A DNA stretch of 48,535 bases, filler included, from Jimgerdemannia flammicorona (lineage: Eukaryota): NCBI GenBank assembly GCA_003990765.1. It is 2 parts of 2 records of this genome, joined end to end, with 100 filler letters (N's around TTAATTAATTAA, not from the genome) between each part and the next. Parts side by side here need not be neighbours in the genome. Positions count along the whole stretch, not along the records: positions 1 to 24,221 come from RBNJ01001006.1; positions 24,322 to 48,535 come from RBNJ01001007.1. One strand, given 5' to 3'. This document shows, in pieces, positions 24,155 to 36,463 of this stretch (position 1 is the first letter of the stretch; each line of letters begins with the position of its first letter). The position numbers and the translations under genes are program-made. The notes under the pieces were generated by a model. That model was not told the origin of the DNA and did not search any database. It was given only the letters and a program-made list of their open reading frames with translations.

Positions 24155-24221
24155 TGGGTGGTGATGATGTATACTTATTCATAGACTGGTAATAAATAGC
24201 GGAGTCCAAGTGACTATAAAA

Positions 24222-24321
24222 NNNNNNNNNNNNNNNNNNNNNNNNNNNNNNNNNNNNNNNNNNNNTTAATTAATTAANNNNNNNNNNNNNNNNNNNNNNN
24301 NNNNNNNNNNNNNNNNNNNNN
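24222..24321. other. Assembly gap with artificial six-frame-stop linker (N44-TTAATTAATTAA-N44)
   Basis: Exactly 100 bp with TTAATTAATTAA centred at 24266-24277. Contiguity across it is not guaranteed. Confidence 0.95.
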
Positions 24322-24390
24322 CCTATATAGTCTAGGTTTCCTTCTAAAAAAAATCCGCGGGACATGAGTTCATTAAAAAAAAAAAAAAAA
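24322..24390 (+). mobile_element. 3' end and poly(A) of a different retroposon (family C) inserted at the ORF2 start of a family B LINE
   Basis: CTATATAGTCTAGGTTTCCTTCTA...CCGCGGGACATG recurs at 48491-48535; it is followed by A15 and then LINE-B sequence homologous to ~43645. Confidence 0.6.
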
Positions 24391-25921
24391 GATAAGATAT
24401 GTAAACTGTTCATCATCATCAAAGAAATGTTTAAAAGCTCAGCTGGGACTACCACCACTTTCTCAGCCCTTCCTCTAATGATCTCTCACTGATCCTTACA
24501 AATCACCCTCTAGATTCAATCACCATTTGTACTGCTGCTGAAAAGGTCTACTCTTTCTGCTGCCACCTTTCTGATGTCTGCCATCCTACTCTCATCAACA
24601 TCATATTCTTCATCATCCAGAAGAGCTGCAACCATTGCCATCACCAGCTTAGGCCCCTGCATTGCAATATTGAAAAATTCTTCCCATACCTCCTGAGATC
24701 TATGAAATACATCCACTTCCTTGATGTCTTCCTCAGTAAGTTTCTCAAGTACTGCCTGATACCAGCTCTCTGCTGTCATCACCAGGGGCCCAGAAGTTGA
24801 TGGTCTGGGGGTCCTGCTCAGCTCCTGCAGTTGCTCCCTATCTGCTAATACATCTGAAGCCACATCCACCAGCTCACCAGTCTCAGGGCAATCCCAATGA
24901 ATATTTGCCACCCCAGCCATATGGGTGTTCTCAACCTGCATCTCTAGTACCACTCCAATATCAGCCTCAAAGCCTCCATCTCCCACCTCCTCCTTATCTG
25001 CCCACTTTCCTCTCACTGGTACATATGCTGAGCTCTCCATACCATCTAGCTGGGAGAAAGACACCTCTGCCACTTCCACACCCTCCATCTGATTTTTAGC
25101 CACCTCTACTCTCACCTTCTCTTCCACTATTGCCCCTTGAAGAGCCACCTGCAGACACTCCCAATTTTCTTTCCTCCATCTCTTCTACTTACTATCTGCC
25201 TGAATCCAGATCCAATCCTTGGCAAACTCTTCCCACTTCCTCTTTCACAACTTCTTTGCAGCCTCTCTCTTCTCTGGAGCAATTACCAACTCTTCCTCCT
25301 CTTGTTCCACCTCCTTCCTCCTCTATATCTTGCACTCTTGCCCTCCAATCCGAATCCCCTCAGGCCAATCATGTCCCAGACCAGTTGCCTCTTTGCCTTC
25401 CAGTTGCAGCATCACCTTGCAGTTACCATTCCTCAATTTGGTGCCCTCCCAGAATATGAACCCAAAATCCACCATCTCACCATCACCACCCAATGCCTCC
25501 ATCACTATCTCCTTGGTCTCCTGTCTGCCCAGAGTTGGCAAACCCTCTACTACCAGGCAAACAGCTCATGGGTCCCATCTCAAACACCTTGCCATCCCAT
25601 TCCAGATACCCTTGATCATCATCTCTTTCTCCAGTACCTTCACCATTGCCTCCTCCTCCACAAATCCAATCTCCACAGCCTCTGCTGAAGGGATGAACTT
25701 CAAGGATTCTGCCTCAGCCACTTCCTCCCCCACCAGCCCCAGAACCTCCCTAGCTGACATTGCCAATCCCAAGAAATTTACTGAGACTGCCCACATTGAT
25801 ACTGATTTGTAAAAAAAGGACCTCACCACCAACTTGCCTATCCTGGCTGCCAGAGTCACCTTCTCCTTAGTCCCAGAGACACCAGCAGTCACCTCACCAG
25901 TTGCAGCTGCACCACCAGCAG

Positions 25922-28506
25922 TTTTTTTTTTTTATTTTTTTTTATTTTTTTTTTATAGTCTCTTGGACTCCTTTATTATGAACTATCTAATATAATAACA
26001 AAGAACCACAAACCACTACTAATATCATAAAATATACAGAAGTAGAATCCTTCAGCCAACTTTTTCCTTCCATCCTACCCCACTATTATCTAACACCAAG
26101 TATCTTCAACTCCGCTGTACAATATCCTACACCTTCTTTAAGGCCCCTGGCTGAAGTTGCCTCCTCTAATCCCACCACCCCTGAACCAACTCCTTGATAA
26201 GCCACCTCTTACACTCTACCATCTCTCCAATCCCCATCCATGGGTCCTGTTCAAAAATCTACTGCCAATGTACTGCCATTAAGACCCAGACCCCCAAAAC
26301 TCGACCTAGGCTCCCCCATATATCACCAATTTCCCCTACCAGCCAGTACTTGACCACCAGACTGGTTGGATCCTCTGCCCTTCATCTCTCCAGGCCCCAG
26401 TAATCTTCGAAACTCTACCAAAACTCTTTCATGCCTGGGCAGGCCCCCAGAACATATTCTGGTGTCTGAACCACTCCTCTATCTACCTCATTACACTACT
26501 CACAGTCTCGATAGCCATCTACCTCCATCTAGCCTATCTGATAGCTCAGCATCACATTATGTCTCAAGAATTACTACCAAATCACCCAGTATTTAGGGGG
26601 CACCATCTTGCATACTGAGGCTCTCTAATTCCAAATTTGAGCCCACTCCCAGTCCTCACCAATACCAGCTCTCTGCCAACCAGGTGGCCATCTCTCCAGA
26701 GGGCCAGACCTGATCCACTCTATTGTCTCAATCAGAGAGTACTCCTTCAGACTGTGGTCACCAACATGCAGGTCTCCCAGTCACCACTATCTCTGCTCAG
26801 GGTTCTCACCCACCTCTATCTCTGGGCCTGCCAACCTCATGACCAGCCAGGCCTCTATAATATCCCACCAGAACCCCTTAAACTGCAGTCTACCTACACT
26901 TCCCACCTGAAGCAAGCCCCGCATAACCTTCCAGACCTCACTACAAGGGCAGAACTGAACCTCCCAATTGTCCATGGCCAGCCTGCCCCAATCTTCCTCA
27001 CCAAGTTCTATCATTTGGTGCTCCCACCAACCCCGAAGTACCTTCAGCTGGTGCCTGAAATCCACTAGCCCCAGGCCTCCATCAGAAGTCCTCATCACCA
27101 AAGTCTTCCATCCAATCTGCAGATACCTCCCATGTCATATCCACCCTTCTACAATCTTCTTCAGCCACTGCACCACCCACCCTGGAAAATCCAGATAATA
27201 ATCCAGATACCACAGTTTGGGCAGCCAATATATATTCAAGACCACTATCCTGCCAACCAAGGAGAAGCTCCTCCCTGACCAACCCATCAATGCACCTTCC
27301 AGCTTCTGAATCAATCCACACCACCACTCCCTTGGCAGAACTGTCCCATACACTGAGAACCAGATATCCAGTTACTGAACAGCACTCCCTGTAGCTACCA
27401 ATTATCCGAATTGTCCATGTCCCTACAGGCCGGCACCAAGTTCCATTGTCTCACACTTGCCCCAATTCAACTTTGCCCCTGCCAGCCTCTCATACTGTCC
27501 AACTCCTTCTTGTAGGACTACTACATTCTCCTGACTATCCAACCCTACCACCATGTCATCCACAAAGATACCCAACTATCAGACCACATCTTCCATCTGC
27601 AGTCCAGAGAGCTGTTCCTTCAGCCACACTAGCAAAGGCTCTAGAGAAAGTACATAAAGAAGGGGGGAGATAGGATCCCCCTGTTGTACCCCTTGCCCCA
27701 AGGCAAACTCTGGTCCACACCATCCATTCATCATCACTGCTGCTCAGCATCCCCATACTAAGCCCATCAGTCACCCTACCTCTACTATACTGAACCCTGC
27801 CCTCCTCAGAATAGCCTCCAGATAGTTCTACTGCAATCTATCATAGGCCTTCTCTTGATCCAGAAAGACCATCTGGCTATCTACCTGCTGGCTCCTACAG
27901 CTCTCCAAGACATTCTGCACCCAAGCAGTACTATCTCTGATCTGCCTCCCCTTGACAAAGCCTCACTGCTCTTCTCCAACTAGTGCACTAATATGTATAC
28001 TGCTGCATCCTCTCTGCTAGAATCTTTGACACCAACTTTCTATCCACATTTAGCAGCATGATAGGTCACCAATTATGCCACACTCATCGATCTCCCTTTT
28101 CCTTGTATAGAAGAGAAACTAGCCCCAAGGAACTATTGCCAATCCAGCTACCCTCCTTCAGAACAGTATTGGCCATCTCCACCAATCAGTTACCAAACTC
28201 AGTCTTGAACTTCTTCCAGAATTCCCAGGGCAACCCATCCTCCCCTGGAGACAAACCAGTCTACGTCTTCTTCAGTACTTCCAATACTTCATCTAGAGAT
28301 ATCTCCCCCATGACTACCTCCCCTATCTTGGGTATCGCTGTCACTGGCCAATTAGTCACCATATTGTCATTATCCTCCCCAAGCCCAGTATCCTCAGCAT
28401 GCTCCCTACCATCCTGCCAAAGAGCTTGCCATTGACCAGATACCTCCTCTAACATGTCAGCAATTCCAGAGACCTCCACTCCATCTTTGTACAATACTGA
28501 GGCCCA
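25922..28506 (-). mobile_element. 5'-truncated LINE (family B ORF2: RT to 3' end) nested in ORF1 of another LINE
   Basis: Poly(T) followed by ATAGTCTCTTGGACT; 14-bp TSD TGCACCACCAGCAG at 25908-25921 and 28507-28520; RT motifs. Confidence 0.92.
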
Positions 28507-28954
28507 TGCACCACCAGCAGTTCTCTCCCCAGCCACCAGCCTAGCCACAGAAGAACCAATCTCTAGTGATATACCATCAGACCCCTGATTCCTGCCAGCC
28601 ACTGGCCCAGCCACAGAAGAACCAGTCTCTAGTGATATACCATCAGACCCCTGACCCCTGCTAGCTACCTGACCTGTCATCTGACCTATCACCTGACCTC
28701 TCCCCCTATCAATACTATGCCCCCCCTACCCCACCCCCAGGGGCCTAGCTGCAGCCCTCTTGCTTTCAACCACAGTATACCAGGTCTCAATTCCACCAGT
28801 CCTCCCCTGACCACTAGCCCCTCCTGCAGCCATACCAGCTCCTACAATAGCTGCAAAGCTCCTAGAAATACCCAGACCAGGTCTCCTCCTCTCCAGATAC
28901 TCAGAGCTAAAGAAACCTTGACTAGCCATATCACTAAAACTTGACAGATGTTGC

Positions 28955-29745
28955 TGTAATAGAATGAATGAACAAGTAAACAGATGGGATGTAATGAATG
29001 ATGAGCAATCATGTGACCCGGTGATGACGTCATCATATGATCGAGCATGGCATATGAATAACAAGTAATGAACAAACAAATGATGTGAAATGACACAGAA
29101 AACGATATCCAGCTTATCCCCAATAATTGGTGCCACAGCAACAGTTGCTACAGCTGCTGATCATTGCCTAGTAATTGAGGTCCTGATCACAAAGATATTC
29201 TTTACTAAAAACCACCTGACAAAGGTCATGATCACAAACCTCATTATAGTTACCAAATTAGTCACTCATACTTAGTCAGAAATCACAGACCAACTTGTAT
29301 AAATACCCCCCAGTTTCCATCCGAAATAAAGTAGTTTTAGTTCAGTCCTTAATACAAGAATCAAGTTCCCCCCACACACACACATTCCCCTGAGTCTTAG
29401 TAATGACATCTAAGTGACTCTAGTGTTTCTGACTAAACTCCAGAAGCCTAGCTAACTTCTGCCAGAACTGAGACTGATATATAAATCCCCAAAGACTTAA
29501 GTAAACCCATTGAACCTGAATTCCAAGGCGAATTCAGTCTGTGCATAGCAAAGAACAAGACCCTCGAAATAGGGCACAAGAGAAAGACCTTTGAAAGATA
29601 AGGCACTGCCGCTACAACTACTTAAAGTGAGCGCTTCCTCAACTGAAGGCTTCTTGGTACACATTGTGTACTAAGTCCCTAAGTAATAGTCTACTTCCCT
29701 AATTATCCAAAGAATAAGAGAGGGATAGAAGTGAGAGTTATTACA
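28955..29745 (+). repeat. 5' LTR (791 bp) of Gypsy element 2
   Basis: Direct repeat of 37306-38095; TATAAATA at 29298, AATAAA at 29325. Confidence 0.97.
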
Positions 29746-29748
29746 ACT

Positions 29749-29758
29749 TGGTAGCAGC
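29749..29758 (+). promoter_or_regulatory. Primer-binding site TGGTAGCAGC (initiator tRNA-Met-like)
   Basis: 3 nt after the LTR end; TGGTAGC is complementary to the GCUACCA 3' end typical of eukaryotic tRNA-iMet. Confidence 0.8.
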
Positions 29759-30636
29759 AGATTACCAGCCAAGAAGGCACCAAAGAACACACTCCTGAAA
29801 GTTGGAACAAGACCAATCTTGGACAGGAGTAACCCCCAGAACCAACTGTGGATCCTCAAACCAGAGCCAGAGAAGCCCTTGCCATTAGGACTAGGTGGTA
29901 CCAGGAAACCACAGACACAGAGACCCGCTAGCTTGTAATTGACCAGACTTACAGGGATCTATACCAGGCCTTTAGGACATACCACCCAGGACTTAGGAAT
30001 ATTGTTAGCTGCTATAGGTTCTACAAACTCCTCCGAGGACACATTGGAACCACTAGGACCCCAGAATCTACTGCTGCAGCCACCCAGGATTTTCTAGATT
30101 ATATTACACCCCCTGCTGCAAAAGAAGCAGCTGCTGAGTGGATTGCCTCTGACAGATATCATCATACCTCTACCAAGACCTTCCTCTACTACAGGCTAGT
30201 TGTATACTATGCCTCTGCCATAACTAGGTATGAGAACGAACAAGCAGGCCAACCATCCCCTACTGCTGAACAAGGAGCAGGCCCATCTACCCAGCCAGAA
30301 ACTGATATCCTCTTTGAAGGACCTAGTCAGTATGAGGATGCACTATCTCATCAGGGAAGGGAGTCAGACAAAGATTCTACAGATTACCAGTCTGATGATA
30401 GCCAACAAGGAACAGCAGGCCTAGGAATTTACCAAGGGACTACAGGTCAAGAAGACCAGACCCCAGAACCAACCCAGCCACCTATACAGAGGTTTGGTTT
30501 ACCCTCTCTCACAGGACTCTTTGACTTAATATCTGGGAACCAAGTAACTCCAAGTTATACAGCACCACAACCCCACCAAGCAGAACAATCTTCAGGAGAA
30601 TCTATCCCAACAGGCCCACCACTAATAGTCAACACA

Positions 30637-33600
30637 ATGGTAGATGCCAAAATTACAGCACTGACTACCCAGCTAGCAGCACTAGCAGGGATAGTAGGAC
30701 AGATTGCTGAACAGAACAAACCAATCAAGACCTTGCGAATCCCAATATTCAGTGGAAAAAACAGTGACATTGAAAACTTCATCAATGCAGTTGATACAGG
30801 CTACCGAGCAAACCAATGAAATGACAACTGAGTACCTACAGGAATGCTCACCAACAACCAGATCAATATCCTCCAACAACTATTTGCCACATCAGCAGCA
30901 CAAGTGGAAACAGTAGTCACATTCTTCACTGGAACAGTAGCTGAATTCTGGCGAACCTTGGAACAATACCCAGTAACCTGGGAAGCTCACCCCCAAGTCA
31001 TTAGACAAGTACCCACCAACAATAGACCAGGTTGGAATGACTACGAAGCAGGCCCAGAACTCAAGGCCTTGCTACTGACCAAATTCTGAAATGTGGCCTA
31101 CATACAAGAAACTTGGAACAAACTATCCCAGATGAAGTTCCACAAGAATGGCGAAGAAGATCTAGAGATCTTTGCCACCAGAATGGATGCCTATCTCAAA
31201 ACTGTTAAACTTACCTACCAGGAGAACAATTTGGCCATCAATGGTACCAGAGCCAACCATCTCTTTGCAGCCCTACCAGACTGGCTCACCCAGAAGATCA
31301 AGGAACAAGGTCTTCCCCAAGGATGTCCCCACTACTCATGGTATTTTGCCCAGGTACAAAGAAGAGTCCACGAAATCCTTGCTGCACAAGCTCCACGAAA
31401 TTAAGAACACAAGAAGGATAACCAAGATAGGAGAAATCCTACCAGGAGAAATGACCAAAGATATGATCAAAGATATGATCAAAGGAACCAACGAAATCCC
31501 AAAGGACCCAGACCTCCTACCAAGGATGAAAAGAGGCAGCTCCATGAAAAGAGATTGTGCTTTATCTGCAAAAAGGCAGGACACATCTCAGTCAAATGTC
31601 CCGAGAAGAGAAACAGATCAGGCGAATCCAGTAACCAGAACATTACTGTCATCGGAGAAGGTCCAGGAAAGAAGAACCTTGAGAATGTAATCAAAGTATA
31701 GAAGATATGGTACAAGGCTACCATCTCCACTAAGGTCCACCCAACTGATGCTGGATATAACCTCTACAGCAGCCAAGACCTCACCATCCCACCAAGCACC
31801 AATGCTACAGTGCAAACCGGAATTGCAATACAAGCTCCCAGAGATACATATATCCACCTTGCTGAGCGAAGTAGCCTAGCCAAAGAGTTCAACATTGGAC
31901 TAGGAGGAGGAGTAGTTGACCAAGGATTTACTGGTGAAATCCATGTCATCTTGCGAAATTTTGGAGACACATCATTTGAAGTCAAAGCAGGCCAAAGAAT
32001 TGCCCAAGCAATCATTGAAGAAATCCGTCAAGATCTCACCATTGAAGAAGTCCCCGAACTCTCCCAGACAGACTATGGCAAGAAAGGGTTTGGATCTACC
32101 AACAAACCTCTCAGTCAAAAGGTCACTACCATGAAGGAAGATGATGAAAGCTGGTACAAGAGAATTGCAGATGGTTATGTACCATATGGATGATGTCCTC
32201 ATTCTATTTGAATGTACTGTATGGAATATGTTGGTGAATGCCATGCATGCCTCTCCAAAGTTTTCAAAATTCAATCTGAGAAACACTAAGCCCCACAGAC
32301 TGAGGAACCCAAACAAGACAACCCTCCTTGTGAAGGATGGAGAGAAACTGACTTCAAGGAGACTGACAGCAATTGGGACAACAATGAGGATGAAGAACTC
32401 AATACCATCAAGAAGGAGGACAGTTGCATCAAGTTCACAGGCCAAGTCCACAGACAGAATGTCAATGTCTTGCTTGATAGTGGTGCTACTGGAAACTACA
32501 TCAGCACCAAGACCACCAAGAGGATTGGAGCCCGAAGCAGACCAACTACTGAGAAAAGAAGTGTTACCTTCGGTGATGGAAAGACTGCACCATTGACCAA
32601 GATCTGTGAAGATCTCTTGCTCAAAATTGGCAAATATCAAGAGAAATTGAACTTCAGCATTGTAGACCTCTCAGGACAAGATATTATCTTAGGAAAAACC
32701 TGGTTAACCCAGCATAACCCAGATATCAACTGGAGAACCAACGAGGTTAACCTGACCCATGAAGGCAGAAAGATCACCCTGACACCCCAAGAAGGTACCA
32801 ACTACTAAGAAATCGAAATCATCTCTGCCATTCAAATGAAGAGACTCTCTCAAAAAAAGGGAAACACCTACTTCATCTGTACAGTACAAGAAGTCACTGA
32901 AGCTACAAGCAGCCCAATTCCAACAGAAGCTTAAGAACTGTTTGAAGAATTCCAAGATATATTCCAAGATCCTCAAGGACTTCCACCCAAGCGCCAAATT
33001 CAACATGGAATTGATCTTATTCCAGGATCTGAATCCCCATACAAGAGTATCTACCAACTGGCCCAACCTGAGCTCAAGACTCTCAAGGATGAACTGACCA
33101 AACTACTGGCTCAAGGATACATTGAACCCAGCTGCTCCCCATTTGGAGCCTCCAATTTATTTGTCAAGAAGAAGGATGGCTCTCTGCGAATGTGTATTGA
33201 CTATAGAGCTCTCAACAAGATCACCATCAAGAACTGGTATGCCTTGCCCAGGATTGATAAGTTGCTATACCAAATATTCAAGGCCAAGACCTTCTCTCTA
33301 TTGGATTTGCAAAATAGTTACCACCAGATTCTCATTGATGAGAAGGACATTGAGAAGACAGCTTTCCAAACACGGTTTGGACACTACCAGTTCCGAGTCA
33401 TGCCTTTTGGATTGACCAATACACCAGCAACATTCCAGTATCTAATAAATGACATCTTTGGACCACTCCTCAACATCTGTGTCCTTGTATATATTGATGA
33501 TATACTAATCTACAGCGAGACAGTAGAGCTACATTACACTCACCTCAGACAAGTACTGACCCTCCTGCGAGAACACCAGCTCTATGCCAAGATGAGCAAA

Positions 33601-35811
33601 TGCAAGTTCTACCAAGACCAGATTGAATACCTGGGACACATCATCTCTGCTGAAGGTATCAACATGGACCCCCGAAAAGTATCAGCCCTCAAGGATATCC
33701 CTATCCCTACTACCCTCAAGCTACTCCAGCACTTTCTGGGTATTGCTGATTATTACTGAAGGTTTATCCAAGGATGCTCTGCTATTGCAGTCCCACTGAC
33801 CAGCCTGGCCCACAAAGGAGTGAACATCAAAGATGAATGGACCCCCGAATGCACCCTGGCCATGGACCATCTCAAGAGACTTCTTACCGAGGCCCTAGTG
33901 CTAATTGCACCTGACCCTACCAGGCCATTCACTCTGACCACAGATGCCTCTGACATTGCTATTGGAGCAGTGCTCAGTCAAGAAGACTGCCCAGTGGCCT
34001 ATCTTTCCCAGAAGCTCAAGCTAGCTGAGACCCAGTATACTACCCATGAGAAGGAACTCCTGGCTATTGTCACTGCACTCCAGGAATGGCGCCACTTCCT
34101 CCTAGGACAGCCATTTGTGGCCTACACTGACCACCATGCACTGTGGTATATTCACACACAGCCTATACTGACCCACAGACAAGCCCGCTGGATGGAAATC
34201 ATTGCCAACTTTGATATGGAAATCAAGTATATCCCAGGCAAAACCAACTGTGTGGCTGATGGTTTCTCTAGGTACATGGAAGATGAACTTGTCTTCATGG
34301 TCGAAGTAATTGGCGACCTCATCCAGATGATCAAGGATGGCTACCAGCAAGACAGCCCCCTGATGAATTTCCTTCAATTCTGCCAAGACCCAGAGGCCAA
34401 GGTTCCAGAATCCATGAGGCAAATGGCCAAGAGATTCACTTACCATGATAGACTTATCTACAGGGACCATGACAGAGTGGTTGTACCCAACAATGATACT
34501 CTGCGACTCAAGATCATGCAGGAACTCTATGATACCTCTGCAGCAGGACACTTTGGTTTTGAAAAGACCTACAACCTTCTCTCAAGAGAGTTCTATTGGC
34601 CAAAGATGACCAAGGATATCAAAGACTTCATGGCCTCATGCGAGATGTGTCAAAGGTTCAAAAGTGGTAACAAGCTACCAGCAGGACTCCTGCAACCCTT
34701 GCCTATCCTGAGTCACAACTGGGACCAGATTGCAATGGACTTCATTGTCCAACTCCCCAAGACTAAGGCAGAATGAGATGCCATAGTGGTATTTGTGGAC
34801 CGCCTAAGTAAACAAGCCCATTTTGCACCCACCAAGACCACTGCTACAGTACCAGAGATTGCTGAGATCTTTCTCAACCAAGTATTTAGGCTACACAGCA
34901 TATCTAGCACTATTGTATCTGACCGAGATGCCAAGTTCACAAGCAACTTCTGGAAGGCATTTTTCTCCCTCCATGGAACCAAGCTGAAGTTCTCTACTGC
35001 CTACCACCCTCAGACTGATGGTCAAACCAAGCAAACCAACAGGACTCTCAAACAGATGCTTAGCATCTTCTGCTGTTACAAACAAAATGATTGGAATAAG
35101 TACCTAGCCTATGCTGAGTTTGCCTACAATAACAGTCAGCAAACCTCCACAAAGAAGACTCCATTCTTCCTGAACCATGGTCAACACCCAAGGACCCCAA
35201 GTACTATTGCGAAATCAGCAGTCCCAGCAGCCCAAGATCTGGCCGAGACCATTTCTGACCTTACATGAATGACAAGAGATGCTCTTATAGAAGCACAAGA
35301 CTACCAGACCAAGTATGCAAACTTGAAGTGAAGAGAAACCTCCTACAATATTGGTGACATGGTTATGCTTAGAACAGACCACCTCCACCCTGACACCCTG
35401 GTACAACAACCGGCCAAGAAACTCTGTGCTAGAAGAATTGGACCATACAAGATCATGGAAAAAATCAGCGAAGTCAACTACAAGTTGCAACTTCCCCACA
35501 ATATCCGAGTACACCCAGTATTCCATATCAGCCAATTGGTGGACTACCATGAGAACCCATTCTCCAAGCATACAGTTCTAGCACCACCCCCAATTAGGAT
35601 CAATGATCATGAGGAATTTGAAATTGAGGAAGTACTTGACCACAAGGTCTGCAAATATCCCAAAACAGTCAAGCAGTTTTTCCTGATCAAGTGGAAGGGT
35701 TACCCCACCCATGATGCCACCTGGGAAAAAGAAGAAGCCCTGAAGCATGCACATGAAGCCCTCCAGGACTACATGGAAACACTCACTCCCCAGCAAAGGA
35801 AGAAACTATAG
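30637..35811 (+). pseudogene. gag-pol: Single-frame gag-dUTPase-protease-RT-RNaseH-integrase-chromodomain polyprotein with premature stops
   Basis: All pieces are in one frame: CFICKKAGHISVKC knuckle (31558), LLDSGA (~32470), CIDYRALN, MPFGLTN, YIDD (33490), TDAS, H..CEMC, IAMDF, IVSDRD, GPY, and chromodomain FEIEEVLDH..FLIKWKGY..DATWE (~35611-35770). Confidence 0.95.
31687..32103 (+). pseudogene. dut: Trimeric dUTPase domain between the Gag zinc knuckle and the protease
   Basis: All five motifs in order: DAGYNL, ERSSLA, GVVDQGFTGEI, GQRIAQ, TDYGKKGFGST. Confidence 0.95.
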
Positions 35812-36463
35812 CTCTAAGTATAGAAACATACAGCAAGCAAGAAGGATACTACATATTTTTATCTGGAAACATATAATACCAAACATTGTGAGAAAAAAGA
35901 ACACTATGGATAACCAACAAGAAGATACCCAAGCAAAAGAACAATCTAGTACAGTACAGCAAAATGCATTTGAACAACCCCTTTCACACCATCTGTATCA
36001 TCTCCGCTGGATGATGACAGACACTTCATGTGAAACTTAGGAAAGTCGACAATGTCGAAACCAGTCTAAGTCCATCCACGTGACAGATATTGTTACTAGG
36101 AATTGCCTCGGATTACAAGAAAAGTCTATTTCCGAGAGGTTCGAACCCCCAGCTATGACAATGGGAGCCCTTACCCTAGACAAAGATGTCCAGTCCTCGC
36201 AAATGCACCAACCAGATAAAAAAAAAAGTGGACCAAGACCTGTTAACTCTGTGTAACCACAACTGCGAGTGATGAGATCTTTGAAATCGGAATTTTCTCA
36301 TATGACTAGCACATACTCTGCTTACAGCACAGGTCATGTATTTTGCCAGAAAGCATGACCAAAGGAAGGTCACATCAGATGGGTGAATAAGTATAAATAC
36401 CCAAGACAAGAATACCCTACAACTCTCATCCCCCTTTCCTCACAAAGAAAAGACAAGACAAGA

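Larger units (their letters stand above)
18361..24221 (+). mobile_element. Full-length L1/Tx1-like LINE (family A), ~5.9 kb, least decayed full-length copy
   Basis: 5' UTR homologous to that of the 5204-10997 copy; two ORFs; AATAAA and GTCCAAGTGACTAT followed by A's running into the gap. Confidence 0.95.

Noticed and set aside
24266..24277. TTAATTAATTAA palindrome
   Set aside because: Artificial scaffolding linker centred in a 100-bp N gap.
28726..29275. ORFs overlapping the LTRs (28726-29136, 29090-29275, 37272-37626)
   Set aside because: Chance frames in LTR sequence. Only the last part of 28726-29136 is real, being the LINE-B ORF1 start.
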